Shown here one piece after another: positions 38,480 to 48,898 of a stretch of 57,585 bases of DNA (position 1 is the first letter of the stretch; each line of letters opens with the position of its first letter). The DNA comes from Thermofilaceae archaeon (lineage in GTDB: Archaea; Thermoproteota; Thermoprotei; Thermofilales; Thermofilaceae), in contig JAVYWK010000012.1 of the NCBI GenBank assembly GCA_038727095.1, positions 1-57,585 of the forward strand. Direction: 5' to 3'. The notes under the pieces were generated by a model. It saw nothing but the letters and a program-made list of their open reading frames with translations. It did not search any database and was not told the origin of the DNA. Made by a program: the position numbers and the translations under genes.

Positions 38480-41400
38480 ACAGGGGAGAGAAGTCTTTCT
38501 CTCTCACTCATCCAATCACTGATGATCCTTTTCACTAGATCTGCGGCGTAATCCATGTGGCTTATAGGAGCTTGGCCTACAGGTTTCGTTGTTAGTTCAA
38601 CCCTGTAGGACTCGGCGGAGGGGCTAAGCACGAAGCGGAGCTCGCAGTCAATTTCAGCCTTCTCTCCCAGCTGCGTTGTACTCGCATACCTGAAAGTGAA
38701 GCGCTTGATGCGCGTACCGTCTGGGCGCTCTTCCACAGGATGATCGGTCAGCTCCCTCACGGCTTCAAGCTCGCCGTAACTCAAATCGGCTAGTTTGGAG
38801 TATATGTAAGCGAAAGCCACCTCACCCTCATCGGCATTAACTTCACCTGGTATTGAGAAGGTTTTCGCTGCTGCCGTGCGTGTCACGTACTCCGTGCGCC
38901 GAGCTCTCTCCCTCACTTCAGCAATCTTTATCCTTCGAACTTCTGTGGGCGCAAACATGTATGCTGCGTCCATCGAGGGCTTGATAGCGCCTATTACCGA
39001 TACAACCAAAGCGAGCACGATGGCCAGGTAGCTCCAGTACCACTCAAGCTTCTCTCTAATCATGAGGTTTAAGTGCCCCGCAAATATGCTGAGCAGCCTA
39101 AACGATGTTAGTCCCGCCACGTAGCCGAACCCTCCGCTCAGCAGCCCGTATACGATTGCCTCAGCGAGGAAGACGAGAGCGATATGCCTCGGGTTAAAGC
39201 CCACAGTTGTAAAGATGAAGATCTCCCGTCTTCTCTCTCTGATGATGCTCACCATACTCAGTAGCACGTTTGCGACTACGATGAGCAGCGGAACCAGGAA
39301 CGTGAGCTCCTGCTCGAAGATGCTCTTGACGCGTGTACCGTAGTAGACTCTCGTACACCTGCCGTTGAAGCAGGATATCGCAAAGTATCCTTCTCCCCGC
39401 CTATCGATGATCTCGCTGGCTAACGCTACTCCCTCTTCTTCGCCAGGGTTGGATGCCGCGATCCTGTACGCGAAGAACACTTGTGAGTAACCCCCTTCTG
39501 CTGCTAGCAATTGGGTAAGCAGGCGGGACGACGCGATGAGGATAGTTGACGCGTTGGCGTAGCTGACTACACCTTCCCTTATGACGAATGGCCTAATAGG
39601 AGCCTTATCGGGGTCAAGAACCATTTCCAAAGACGATTCGTTAAAGTAGCCGGAAGCCATTAGTCGTAGGCTTTGCCTTCCAAAGCCTTGCGCCTCAAAT
39701 GTAACGTCAAGAGTCTCTCCTCCGAGTAAGCCAAGCATGTTCCAAACAGTTGAAGGCAAAATAATGGAGTTGTTTACGAACGGTCTCACTAGCTTGATGC
39801 TTTCTAATAGTCTTGGATTAAGCCTTAACTCGTTCTCATCCACTCCCATGGCGAACTGTAGGAAGAACTCTCGACCCGCGTGGGACACCGCGATTCTGAG
39901 GCTGACGTCAGGTCTGTTGAAGACCGTTAGCGAGATGGTTCCAAAACCTTCCTTACCCTCGAAGAGCAGAGGGTCAAGCTCAATGTTCAACGGTAGCGGG
40001 GTCTCATTAGCAACCTTCTTTAACACAAAAGTGTTAAATGGGTAATCAGCGAACCCTTTCTCTTCGATCTTCTCGTAAACCGCGCCGAACGTTGCTAGTA
40101 CTGTGAAAGCCCAAATGAAAGCAGCAATGCTGAAAACAGTGATAAACGTCCTCAACGCCTTAACTTTCGAGTACCGCTTGCCCAGTGTGAACGCTACAGC
40201 AATGAGGCCTGAAAAAGAGATCTCACCTGGTAACTCAGGCTCTTTGATTACTCGCGGCAGTACGAAGATTATCATAAAGAATGCTCCGAGAGCCGCAGCT
40301 ACGGTCGCTAGGAAGAAGGATCTGTCTAGAGTCCAGAGTAGCCTGAAGCCTGGGTAAACGTAAACGAAGGTTAGCACGAGAGCCGCATAGAGCACTAGAA
40401 AGGAGATCATCTTGGCGCGCTGACTATCGAAGAAGTAGAAGGATAGAATTGCAGCGAATACTGCTAGGAAGCTGGGCATTACCATTGCGCCCACCGTTGC
40501 TATACTCCTGAGGAAGCTAAGTCGCGCTGGTACCTGGAAAACAGTTATTGCTCGTGCTGCCTCCAGTAGCGCTAGCACTCTTTCAGGAGGCTCTCCTCGT
40601 GCAAACGCTTGCTCTGCACTCGTGATATAATCGCTGCTCCGGAGCATTGCCTCATTCAGCTCCGGTATGTAGAAGCCCATAGCTTCGTACATTGAGATCA
40701 GCTCCCTGGCGCTCGCGAGCTCATGCTTCGAGCGATGGATCTGCCCTTCAAGGCTGATAGTTAAAAGGTCTATCTCCATGACATCACCTCTCTTGAAAAT
40801 GAGGGGGTCTTCACGGGTACCTCTCTCAACGCTCTGCGAAACGATGCGCATTGTCGTTTCAACCTCCAGAACGCTGTACTGGATACTTAGGCGAAGAGGG
40901 GTGTTTATGGGAGTAATCGCTTCGTTGGCTCGAAGCACTTCAGTGCCTAACCCCCTTTTGATAAAGACGTAGTCATCGGCTGGGCCGTAAACATCTACGA
41001 TCCGAGGGCTTAACGACACGTTGGCTTTCTCCGTTACTACAGTCGCTTCACCAGCGATTAAACGCCGGGAAAGAGGATCGCCCTCCCCGCTCAATACAAC
41101 GATTCGAGCCGAGCCGGCCGGCTGACCACCCAGGTACACTATCCGACCCGAGACTATGACGCGAGCCGCTGGATATAGTGTCACAGTGCCTGAGAGAGCT
41201 AGAGAATTTGGGTAGTTTGTTAGATCCACTTTGACAGGTACATGGGTGAGCTTATCTTCTGAAAACTTGAGGACGTAAATGACGTAGTAATCACCGGATG
41301 GTACGGACGCAATGAAATGTCCACTTGCGTTTGTGCTACCAATGAGGGTCGGACGTATCATCCTATAGTTAAGGATAAGAACGGTAGCGTTACTGAGAGG

Positions 41401-41532
41401 CGACCCGTCAGGCTCTACTACGCGGAGAAAGATTTTAAGTTCTTCTGGTGTAGCGAGTACCAGAGAGCTAGCCGCTATTAAGATTATCGCTATTGTTACA
41501 GACACTACAGGCACTTTAATTCTCTCTTTCAT
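38476..41532 (-). CDS. FtsX/MacB-like permease with large extracellular domain (paralog of 8523-13901)
   Basis: Signal peptide, VVEPDGSPLSNATV domain, IRERRREIFIFTTVGFNPRHIALVFLAEA, shared GFY motif. Confidence 0.8.
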   Translation of the reverse strand: MKERIKVPVVSVTIAIILIAASSLVLATPEELKIFLRVVEPDGSPLSNATVLILNYRMIRPTLIGSTNASGHFIASVPSGDYYVIYVLKFSEDKLTHVPVKVDLTNYPNSLALSGTVTLYPAARVIVSGRIVYLGGQPAGSARIVVLSGEGDPLSRRLIAGEATVVTEKANVSLSPRIVDVYGPADDYVFIKRGLGTEVLRANEAITPINTPLRLSIQYSVLEVETTMRIVSQSVERGTREDPLIFKRGDVMEIDLLTISLEGQIHRSKHELASARELISMYEAMGFYIPELNEAMLRSSDYITSAEQAFARGEPPERVLALLEAARAITVFQVPARLSFLRSIATVGAMVMPSFLAVFAAILSFYFFDSQRAKMISFLVLYAALVLTFVYVYPGFRLLWTLDRSFFLATVAAALGAFFMIIFVLPRVIKEPELPGEISFSGLIAVAFTLGKRYSKVKALRTFITVFSIAAFIWAFTVLATFGAVYEKIEEKGFADYPFNTFVLKKVANETPLPLNIELDPLLFEGKEGFGTISLTVFNRPDVSLRIAVSHAGREFFLQFAMGVDENELRLNPRLLESIKLVRPFVNNSIILPSTVWNMLGLLGGETLDVTFEAQGFGRQSLRLMASGYFNESSLEMVLDPDKAPIRPFVIREGVVSYANASTILIASSRLLTQLLAAEGGYSQVFFAYRIAASNPGEEEGVALASEIIDRRGEGYFAISCFNGRCTRVYYGTRVKSIFEQELTFLVPLLIVVANVLLSMVSIIRERRREIFIFTTVGFNPRHIALVFLAEAIVYGLLSGGFGYVAGLTSFRLLSIFAGHLNLMIREKLEWYWSYLAIVLALVVSVIGAIKPSMDAAYMFAPTEVRRIKIAEVRERARRTEYVTRTAAAKTFSIPGEVNADEGEVAFAYIYSKLADLSYGELEAVRELTDHPVEERPDGTRIKRFTFRYASTTQLGEKAEIDCELRFVLSPSAESYRVELTTKPVGQAPISHMDYAADLVKRIISDWMSERERLLSPV

Positions 41533-41780
41533 ATCAGGCTCACGTGGTGGTGCACTTAAAAACTCTACTTCGTGAAACTCAATTAGGTATCACCCCCCAA
41601 AGCAACCAGGCAGAAAGAATTGGTATTGTTCCGTAAAAGCCGGCCACTCCCACTCTCAAAGAAAATTCATCGCTATGACACTTTGATTTGACGTGAGAGT
41701 CGTTTAAGGGAGCAGCTCAGAAGTAAGGATCAAGAAAAAGGAACACAGTGTCAACATCCCTCGAGTGCATTCATGAAGTA

Positions 41781-41898
41781 TGGTGCCCCGGCCGGGATTT
41801 GAACCCGGGTTTTCCGTGCGGGTCCCCGCTCTCCGGCTCGAGAGGCCGGCAATCAAGCCCCGATGAACGGTTACTTGACCGGGCTATACGACCGGGGC
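41781..41898 (-). tRNA. tRNA-Glu(CTC) with introns at about 24/25 (41852-41871) and 45/46 (41812-41830), CCA encoded
   Basis: GCCCCGGTCGTATAGCCCGGTCAAGTA[20 nt]TGCCGGCCTCTCGAGCCGGAG[19 nt]AACCCGGGTTCAAATCCCGGCCGGGGCACCA; BHB helices CAAG/CTTG and CCGG/ACGG. Confidence 0.92.
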
Positions 41899-41953
41899 TG
41901 CATCGCTCTCCACGGCTCCGGCTTTAAGTAGTTTACTCCTGATTTTCCAACAT

Positions 41954-43351
41954 TCATCTTGGCCGTCTTGCTGTGATTATTACCATCAAGATGATTAGAA
42001 GCGGTAATAGGATTATTATCAGGGGGATGTTCTGTTCGATTGCATGAACCAGAGATTTTGTTAAAGATATTTCTTCAACGAATTCTCCAGATTCTATTCG
42101 CAAAGGCCTGGAAACTAAACTTAATTGGTTAACCTCAACGTTTAGAGAACTCGATGAAACTTCGATCGGTGCTAATGAGAGTTGTAGGTACTGGACTCGC
42201 CATCTGTCACTAACGTCATAGACTCTCTTCCTCACATTTGGAATACGTCTAATGCGTAGGGTTGTAAATTTAGACTCCCCAACCGCGTACGCTGACAACG
42301 GTTTTAAATCGTGGTTAAAAGTCACCAGCGCTAAAGCGCTTGTAGCCTTAAACGCGGCGACTAACTTTTCACCTTCGCAACCGATGGCTAGCGGTACAAT
42401 ACTCTCCTCACACTCTACTAGTAAGCCTGATACTACTTCTCCCTCGTTTACGCGGATTACAACTCCAACGCTCTTTCCATCTATTGTTGCGTAGCCCAGC
42501 AGGAAGAGGTCCGTTACGCTCTTACAGACATCAACAAACCCATCGTAGCTCTGCCAGCCTAAGGTAAGAACCTTTAGATCGGCACCGTTTAGGATAGCGA
42601 GGTATGCGTCGCTGAGGCCGCCGGGTGAAGTAAACGATGAACCAATCAGCACTATTTTCTCGTCTAAGGATTTCGCGGCTAATCCTTCGTCGTAGGCAGC
42701 TCCCCCAACCGTAATCGAGTACAATGGCTCGTCTGTCACATTAACTAATAATGCATCAACATATGAAACATTTTGGCACCAAGTGGAACCTACTACCATT
42801 AGGGATTCATTAAGTTTAAGTACCTTTTCCACGAAGTCATCGTACATAGGGCAACCGATTCTAAAGGATCTCTTTATCGAGGCCCTCTCGTCGATGTAAA
42901 CAACGGCGATATCAGAGTCACTAATACCACTGGTTAATCCTAATAAAATGTACTCGTCGTTGTACTTCACTAATGTTTTAACAAAGTACATGTCCTGTTG
43001 AATCGAGAAAGCCCAGTCCACCGTCATATTGCTAAAGCTGGCGGCAAAAGCCTCTCTTTGCCTTCCCTTCACGACATAACCCCCTACCACGATCCTGCCT
43101 CCTTCCTCTAGGGCATCTAGAACGATTAACCTAGTGTTTGAAACGGTGAAATAGAGGGCATCACGAATCCGACCAGTGCTATCAACGACTACAGTAATAG
43201 GTAGCATCGTGTCGTTTACTGAAAGTTCCCCCCATGCTAGAGTTGAACCTGAAGGCAAAATCTTCGCGCCACCAACTCTAAAAGGTTGGGAGTGCGCTGA
43301 TTCAGCTAGCTGAAGTACCACGAGTAGCAGTACCATCAAATATTTCTTCAC
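41954..43351 (-). CDS. Membrane-anchored surface protein with beta-propeller-like repeats
   Basis: Signal peptide, about 48-aa repeats (vvG.T.....SDa.l......G...yD), C-terminal TM. Confidence 0.65.
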   Translation of the reverse strand: MKKYLMVLLLVVLQLAESAHSQPFRVGGAKILPSGSTLAWGELSVNDTMLPITVVVDSTGRIRDALYFTVSNTRLIVLDALEEGGRIVVGGYVVKGRQREAFAASFSNMTVDWAFSIQQDMYFVKTLVKYNDEYILLGLTSGISDSDIAVVYIDERASIKRSFRIGCPMYDDFVEKVLKLNESLMVVGSTWCQNVSYVDALLVNVTDEPLYSITVGGAAYDEGLAAKSLDEKIVLIGSSFTSPGGLSDAYLAILNGADLKVLTLGWQSYDGFVDVCKSVTDLFLLGYATIDGKSVGVVIRVNEGEVVSGLLVECEESIVPLAIGCEGEKLVAAFKATSALALVTFNHDLKPLSAYAVGESKFTTLRIRRIPNVRKRVYDVSDRWRVQYLQLSLAPIEVSSSSLNVEVNQLSLVSRPLRIESGEFVEEISLTKSLVHAIEQNIPLIIILLPLLIILMVIITARRPR

Positions 43352-43509
43352 AAGCCGGCACGCCCCCCTCCCCTATTAAATCATACCGATACCCATTGCT
43401 CCGCATTACACAGCCCATGGCAATCTTTTATGTAATAAATTAAGCCATAAGTTCTCTCAGTTCTTAAGGAGCAAAGAATATAAAGTGCTCATAGTATCCC
43501 TTAAAGCTG

Positions 43510-46194
43510 ATGAAAGAACGCCTGGCAGCGGTATTGGTTCTACTATTAATAGTTTCGGTAAGCTTCCTAGCCTTCGAGCTGGTGAAGGCTGCGCCCGAGG
43601 TTCCACAGGGGCCCTGGGTTGATGAAATCGTTTGGATAAAAGAATCGGAGCCCGCTAAGGTTGTGGACATGCTCAGCAAAGGCGACATCCACGCCTACTT
43701 CATTGATGTTCGAGCTGATCCTAAGCTCGCTGAACGTATTAAAACCGATCCGAACATCGCCTATAAGTACGCATATGGACTCTACTTCGAGTTAACTTTC
43801 AACCCGGTAGGTCCGGAGTTCAAGGATGGTAGTTTCAACCCGTTCTCCAACCCGAGGGTAAGGGAAGCCATGAACTGGTTGGTAGACAGGAACTACGTTG
43901 TTGAAGAAATAATGCTGGGCTTCGCTAGGCCAAAGTGGTTCCCCCTCGTCTCAGCCTTCCCGGACTACGCTAAGCTAGCGGACGTAGTAAAGGTTCTAGA
44001 GGCTAAGTACAGTTACAACCCCGAACTAGCTAAGACAGTGATTTTCGAAGAGATGGTAAAGATGGGCTGCGAGTATAGGGATGGAAAGTGGTACTATAAG
44101 GATAAGCCGATTGTAATTAAAGTCTTGATTAGGGTTGAGGATCAGAGACGACAGATCGGTGACTACGTCGCTGACCAGTTGGAGAAGCTTGGTTTCACCG
44201 TTGAGAGGATGTACAAAACCTCGCGAGAAGCTGCTCCAATCTGGCTTAGAGGGAACCCGGCGGATGGCCAATGGCACGTCTACACGGGCGGCTGGATCAC
44301 CACCGCTGTGAGCAGGGACGACGCAGACAATTGGGCTTACTTCTACACGCCATTAGGCAGGCCGGAGCCCCTCTGGCAGGCGTACAAGCCCGACCCAATC
44401 TTCTACGAAGTCGCTGCTAAACTGTGGAACAGGGAGTTCAAAACAATTGAAGAGAGGCAGGAGTTAATGGCAAAAGCAGCAGAGTTGGCAATAAAGGATT
44501 CAGTTAGGGTTTGGGTTGTAGATCAGATCGTGCCCTACTTATATAGGAGAGATGTAACCATCGCTGCAGACCTGAGCGGCGGGTTTGCAACGGCTCTCTG
44601 GTCGAGAACCGTAAGATTCGTTGATAAGGTTGGCGGAACGTTTAGAGCTGGTAACAGAGAAGTGCTGGTTGACCCATGGAACCCCGTGGCTGGCTCCAAC
44701 TGGGTATACGATTCCGTTATCATCACGCCAACCGTGGGATACGCGTTCCTCACCAACCCCTACACCGGCCTACCCATGCCTGAGAGAGCAGTTAACGCTA
44801 CTGTGTTTGCTGAGAAAGGGGTAGATACAATTTCCTCAAGTGATTGGTTGACCCTAAGATTTGCTGATAGAGTTGAAGTTCCGGCTGATGCTTGGTGGGG
44901 CTTCGATACGAAAGCTGGTAAGGTGGTAACAGCCGATGAAGCTGGGGTAAAGTACGCTAAGGTTAGGGTTGTGGTAAATTATGGTGACGTCTTGGGCAAG
45001 ATTAGGTACCACGATGGAACAACGATGTCGATTGCAGACTGGGTTGCCCTGTGGCCATTTAGCTTCTACAGGGTGGACCCGGAGAGCCCGCTCTACGATG
45101 CTTCTGCTGTACCCGGTTTCAACGAGTGGAGGAAGTTGTTCATGGGTTGGAGGATCCTGAGCACTTCACCTCTCGTTATCGAGTGGTACGGTAACTTTAC
45201 TCACCCGGAGGCCGAGTTCATCGTTACTTACTTCGCCGGTTGGTCGAACATTCCGTGGCACGTAACAGCGATAGGCATCGGGGCGGAGGAGAAGGGCTTG
45301 CTGGCCTTTAGCACTAGCAAAGCTGACAAGATGAAGGTGGAGTGGATGAACTACATCGGAGGGCCTTCGCTGAAGATCCTGGAGGATACGCTACGCGAAA
45401 TGTTAGATACTGGCTACATACCCTTCAAAGAGTTCGCGAGTAAGTACATAACACCGGACGATGCTAAAGCCAGGTATCAGGCTCTTCTAAACTGGTACCA
45501 GGCGCACGGCCACTTCTGGGTTGGAGACGGTCCATTCTACTTGGACAGTGTTGACTACTTGGCCCATACGGCCGTGCTGAAGGCAAATAGGAACTATCCA
45601 GATAAGGCTGATAGGTGGGCATGGTTAGCAGATCCACCGATACCTGAGGTGAGTATAGAGGTGCCTGAGAACGTTATACCCGGCCTACCCGCCGACATTA
45701 CGGTTAGGGTCAGTTACAAGGGTCAGCCCTACCCGGCCGGTAGAATCGAGTTTGTAAAGTTCCTGATTCTCGACGCGGCTGGAAACGTGCTGGGTAAAGG
45801 TGAAGCAACAGCAGTCTCTGATGGTGTGTTCAAGATTTCGGTACCCGCTGAGGTTACAGGTAAGATGACCCCTGGTGCATACAAGGTGTTGACTTTCACT
45901 TTGAGCAAGGATGCGGCAATGCCTGTAACAAGCGAGGCCAGCTTCTTGGCTATCTCCCAGATCGCTTACATGTCAACTCTGCTTGCTCGAACTGAAGCTA
46001 GGATAACCAACTTAGAGCAGAGCACAAGCGCAAGACTCTCAGATTTAGAGGGAAGAATTGCCGCATTAAGCTCCTCAGTGAATACGGCAATTGCGCTGGG
46101 AGCACTGGCTATCATCCTCGCGATTATCGCACTAGCCTTGCCGTTTGTGCGTAAAACATCTACTAAACTATCATCAGAAACAGTTGTAAGATAA
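43510..46194 (+). CDS. dppA: Peptide ABC transporter substrate-binding protein (family 5)
   Basis: NPFSNPRVREAMNWLVDR, YHDG, GDGPFYL, signal peptide and C-terminal TM. Confidence 0.88.
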   Translation: MKERLAAVLVLLLIVSVSFLAFELVKAAPEVPQGPWVDEIVWIKESEPAKVVDMLSKGDIHAYFIDVRADPKLAERIKTDPNIAYKYAYGLYFELTFNPVGPEFKDGSFNPFSNPRVREAMNWLVDRNYVVEEIMLGFARPKWFPLVSAFPDYAKLADVVKVLEAKYSYNPELAKTVIFEEMVKMGCEYRDGKWYYKDKPIVIKVLIRVEDQRRQIGDYVADQLEKLGFTVERMYKTSREAAPIWLRGNPADGQWHVYTGGWITTAVSRDDADNWAYFYTPLGRPEPLWQAYKPDPIFYEVAAKLWNREFKTIEERQELMAKAAELAIKDSVRVWVVDQIVPYLYRRDVTIAADLSGGFATALWSRTVRFVDKVGGTFRAGNREVLVDPWNPVAGSNWVYDSVIITPTVGYAFLTNPYTGLPMPERAVNATVFAEKGVDTISSSDWLTLRFADRVEVPADAWWGFDTKAGKVVTADEAGVKYAKVRVVVNYGDVLGKIRYHDGTTMSIADWVALWPFSFYRVDPESPLYDASAVPGFNEWRKLFMGWRILSTSPLVIEWYGNFTHPEAEFIVTYFAGWSNIPWHVTAIGIGAEEKGLLAFSTSKADKMKVEWMNYIGGPSLKILEDTLREMLDTGYIPFKEFASKYITPDDAKARYQALLNWYQAHGHFWVGDGPFYLDSVDYLAHTAVLKANRNYPDKADRWAWLADPPIPEVSIEVPENVIPGLPADITVRVSYKGQPYPAGRIEFVKFLILDAAGNVLGKGEATAVSDGVFKISVPAEVTGKMTPGAYKVLTFTLSKDAAMPVTSEASFLAISQIAYMSTLLARTEARITNLEQSTSARLSDLEGRIAALSSSVNTAIALGALAIILAIIALALPFVRKTSTKLSSETVVR

Positions 46195-46398
46195 AATAAT
46201 ATAATAATTTTATAATTTTTGTAATATATTTTTGGTAGAAATTCGAAGCAAATGTGTCGTATTTCGTTAATAAATTTTATTTTACCTTTTTTGATCTTTT
46301 GTATATTTTAAGAATTGCGAAATCTTTAAAATTGAAAAATTTTTAATGAATCGTAATCGTGTGATAAGCTTTAAAATCCCCTATGTGGATGACTTGCG

Positions 46399-47463
46399 AT
46401 GCCCATCAAAGGGTTAGTCAAGTACGTTGTTAGAAGGGGCTTGGTGCTATATCTTACTATGCTTGCCGCCATATACATTACTATACTCGTTGCTAACATG
46501 GGTGGCAAAGTCGATGAAATCATTATAGCTGATTTACGGATGAGAGTCTGGGATGAAGTAAATCGGAACCCTGTGTATAGGGCGCTTTCGGGTGCTGAGA
46601 GGGAGAGGTTAGTGAATGAAATTGTTCAGCAGGAGATCGAAAGACTTGGTTTAGACAAACCGTTCCTTTACAGAAGCCTCATTTATCTTCGCGATGCAGC
46701 TCTGCTCGAGCTAGGCCGCGCACAGTTTATGACGAGCGATACAGGGTCGAGGCTTGTGAGGAACATCATCCTTGAGAGACTACCTGCGACGGTTTTGCTT
46801 TTCACGACGGTGATGGTGATCAACTTCTTCCTTCATCTCTTCCTAGGCCTCTACCTTTCCAGGCGATACGGAAGCCTGCTTGACAAAGTCTTTGTCTCTC
46901 TCGCTCCAACATCCGTGCTTCCAGGCTGGTTCTACGGTATTATACTCATACTGATCTTCTACACGTGGCTCCACGTGCTCCCAGCCAGCGGCATAGTCGA
47001 TACACCACCCCCGAGAGACCCTCTGCTCTACGCGTTAAGCGTGCTGAAGCACATGATTCTCCCGATGGCCTCCTGGATAATTTCAGGAATATTTTTGGGC
47101 GTTTATGGTAACAGGACGTTCTTCCTGATATTTTCGACTGAGGATCATGTTGAAGCCGCGAAGGCCAAGGGTCTCCCACCACGCTTAATTGAGTGGAGGT
47201 ACATCCTGAGGCCCGCGCTACCCCCTATAATCACCGGCTTTGCCTTAGGGTTGATAGGCTCGTGGGGTGGCGCTATCATAACGGAGAGAATCTTTAACTG
47301 GCCTGGGCTCGGCTCGGTTGCTTACTCAGCTATAATGTACAACGACACGCCAGTCATCCTCGGCTTCACGGTGATTTATGCATACCTGCTCATGGTGACG
47401 GTGCTCATCTTAGACGTGATTTATGGTCTAATAGACCCGAGGATAAAGGTCCAGTTTGGGTGA
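46399..47463 (+). CDS. dppB: Peptide ABC permease
   Basis: GLDKP, ERLPAT, AAKAKGL, TERIFNWPGLG, DPRI. Confidence 0.92.
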   Translation: MPIKGLVKYVVRRGLVLYLTMLAAIYITILVANMGGKVDEIIIADLRMRVWDEVNRNPVYRALSGAERERLVNEIVQQEIERLGLDKPFLYRSLIYLRDAALLELGRAQFMTSDTGSRLVRNIILERLPATVLLFTTVMVINFFLHLFLGLYLSRRYGSLLDKVFVSLAPTSVLPGWFYGIILILIFYTWLHVLPASGIVDTPPPRDPLLYALSVLKHMILPMASWIISGIFLGVYGNRTFFLIFSTEDHVEAAKAKGLPPRLIEWRYILRPALPPIITGFALGLIGSWGGAIITERIFNWPGLGSVAYSAIMYNDTPVILGFTVIYAYLLMVTVLILDVIYGLIDPRIKVQFG

Positions 47464-47469
47464 GGCTCG

Positions 47470-48897
47470 ATGAGCGCGACAGGAGTGGAGTACGGGTTGA
47501 AGGGTGTTGTTAAGGAGTTGCTCTCCTACAGGGCAGGTATCGTCGGTATCGGTCTGTTAGCGCTACTCCTCGCCATCTCCATTTACGCCATCGTAGCCAT
47601 ACCCTACGAGGAAGCGATAAAGATGTGGAGGGGTCAAGAGGCGATGTGGATCGATAACCCGAGGACAGCTGCCCCCGAGTGGGTGGAGATGTTCGTTGGT
47701 AAACGGTTGCCTCGGACGATAAAGTTTGACAGCAGGCTCCAGCAACCAGGGACCTCGAAGAGCGTAATCGAGATCCCGGCGACAGATATGAAGAAGGTGG
47801 TTATCACCTGCAGGTTCCGATACGATTACGACGAGTTGCCCAGCGAGTTTAACGTTTTTCTGTTTTCCAACTTCACGGGGTCCGCACCCTTTGTAAAGGT
47901 TGTGCTGAGAAAGCCGAGCGGTGAAGAGGTTGAGGTGATCCGCTACGTTGTAAGAGTGCCCGACGATCGGATTTACATATCGATCAGTAGCGCGGTTTTA
48001 AGCAATCTGTTATCACAATACACGGCGAAGTACCCTGTGAACGTAAGTGATAGAGTTACGCAGCTAAGTCTGATGTTCGGCAGGGTCACTCCTTCATCGC
48101 TCGAAAGCGGCGACTTCAACGTGGAAAAGGGTGATTACACGATAACTATCGAGGCCACTCTGTTCAGTAGGAGCGACGACTTAGATGCAAGGGTCATAAT
48201 ATACGGCACTGTTCATGGAATAGCTGGAACTGATCACTTGAGACGTCCACTCGAGATTGCGCTGCTCTGGGGCACCCCTATAGCGCTTGCATTTGGACTC
48301 ACGGCTTCATTGGTTACTACTTTTCTACAGATGCTTATCGCCGTTATGAGCGGCTGGTATGGGGGCTTGGTGGATTCCGTCATCCAGAGGGTCACTGAAT
48401 TATACATGGTTATTCCGTTTCTCCCCTTCTTAATCCTAATCTCGACTTTCTACAAGATAGACATCTGGGTGCTCCTTGCAGTCATCATAGTGTTAAGCAT
48501 TTTCGGAGGAGGCATCAAAAGCACGAGGGCGCTTGTCATGCAGCTTAGAGAGTACCCGTACATCGAGGCCGCGCGCGCCTACGGAGCATCAAGCTTCCGA
48601 ATAATCACGCTGTACATCATTCCGAAGATCCTCCCACCTGTGGTTCCAGGTTTAATCGGTGCCGTACCGGGGTATGTTTTCCTTGAAGCCGCCCTCTCCC
48701 TACTTGGTCTAGGCGACCCCTTCCTTCCCACGTGGGGTAAGGTGATAAGCGATGCAGCCGATAACGGTGCACTGTACAGAGGCCTCTACTACTGGGTGTT
48801 AGAACCCTCACTTATGCTGATGCTCACAGCTTTTGCTTTCGCCAGTCTCGGTTTTGCATTGGATAAGATAGTTAACCCAAGGTTGAGGGAATTATAG
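47470..48897 (+). CDS. dppC: Peptide ABC permease
   Basis: GTDHLRR, YIEAARAYGAS, EAALSLLGLGD, NPRL. Confidence 0.92.
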   Translation: MSATGVEYGLKGVVKELLSYRAGIVGIGLLALLLAISIYAIVAIPYEEAIKMWRGQEAMWIDNPRTAAPEWVEMFVGKRLPRTIKFDSRLQQPGTSKSVIEIPATDMKKVVITCRFRYDYDELPSEFNVFLFSNFTGSAPFVKVVLRKPSGEEVEVIRYVVRVPDDRIYISISSAVLSNLLSQYTAKYPVNVSDRVTQLSLMFGRVTPSSLESGDFNVEKGDYTITIEATLFSRSDDLDARVIIYGTVHGIAGTDHLRRPLEIALLWGTPIALAFGLTASLVTTFLQMLIAVMSGWYGGLVDSVIQRVTELYMVIPFLPFLILISTFYKIDIWVLLAVIIVLSIFGGGIKSTRALVMQLREYPYIEAARAYGASSFRIITLYIIPKILPPVVPGLIGAVPGYVFLEAALSLLGLGDPFLPTWGKVISDAADNGALYRGLYYWVLEPSLMLMLTAFAFASLGFALDKIVNPRLREL

Positions 48898-48898
48898 G

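Noticed and set aside
41533-41780. Integrated element or sRNA downstream of tRNA-Glu
   Set aside because: No tRNA 3' duplication, integrase or ordered C/D boxes
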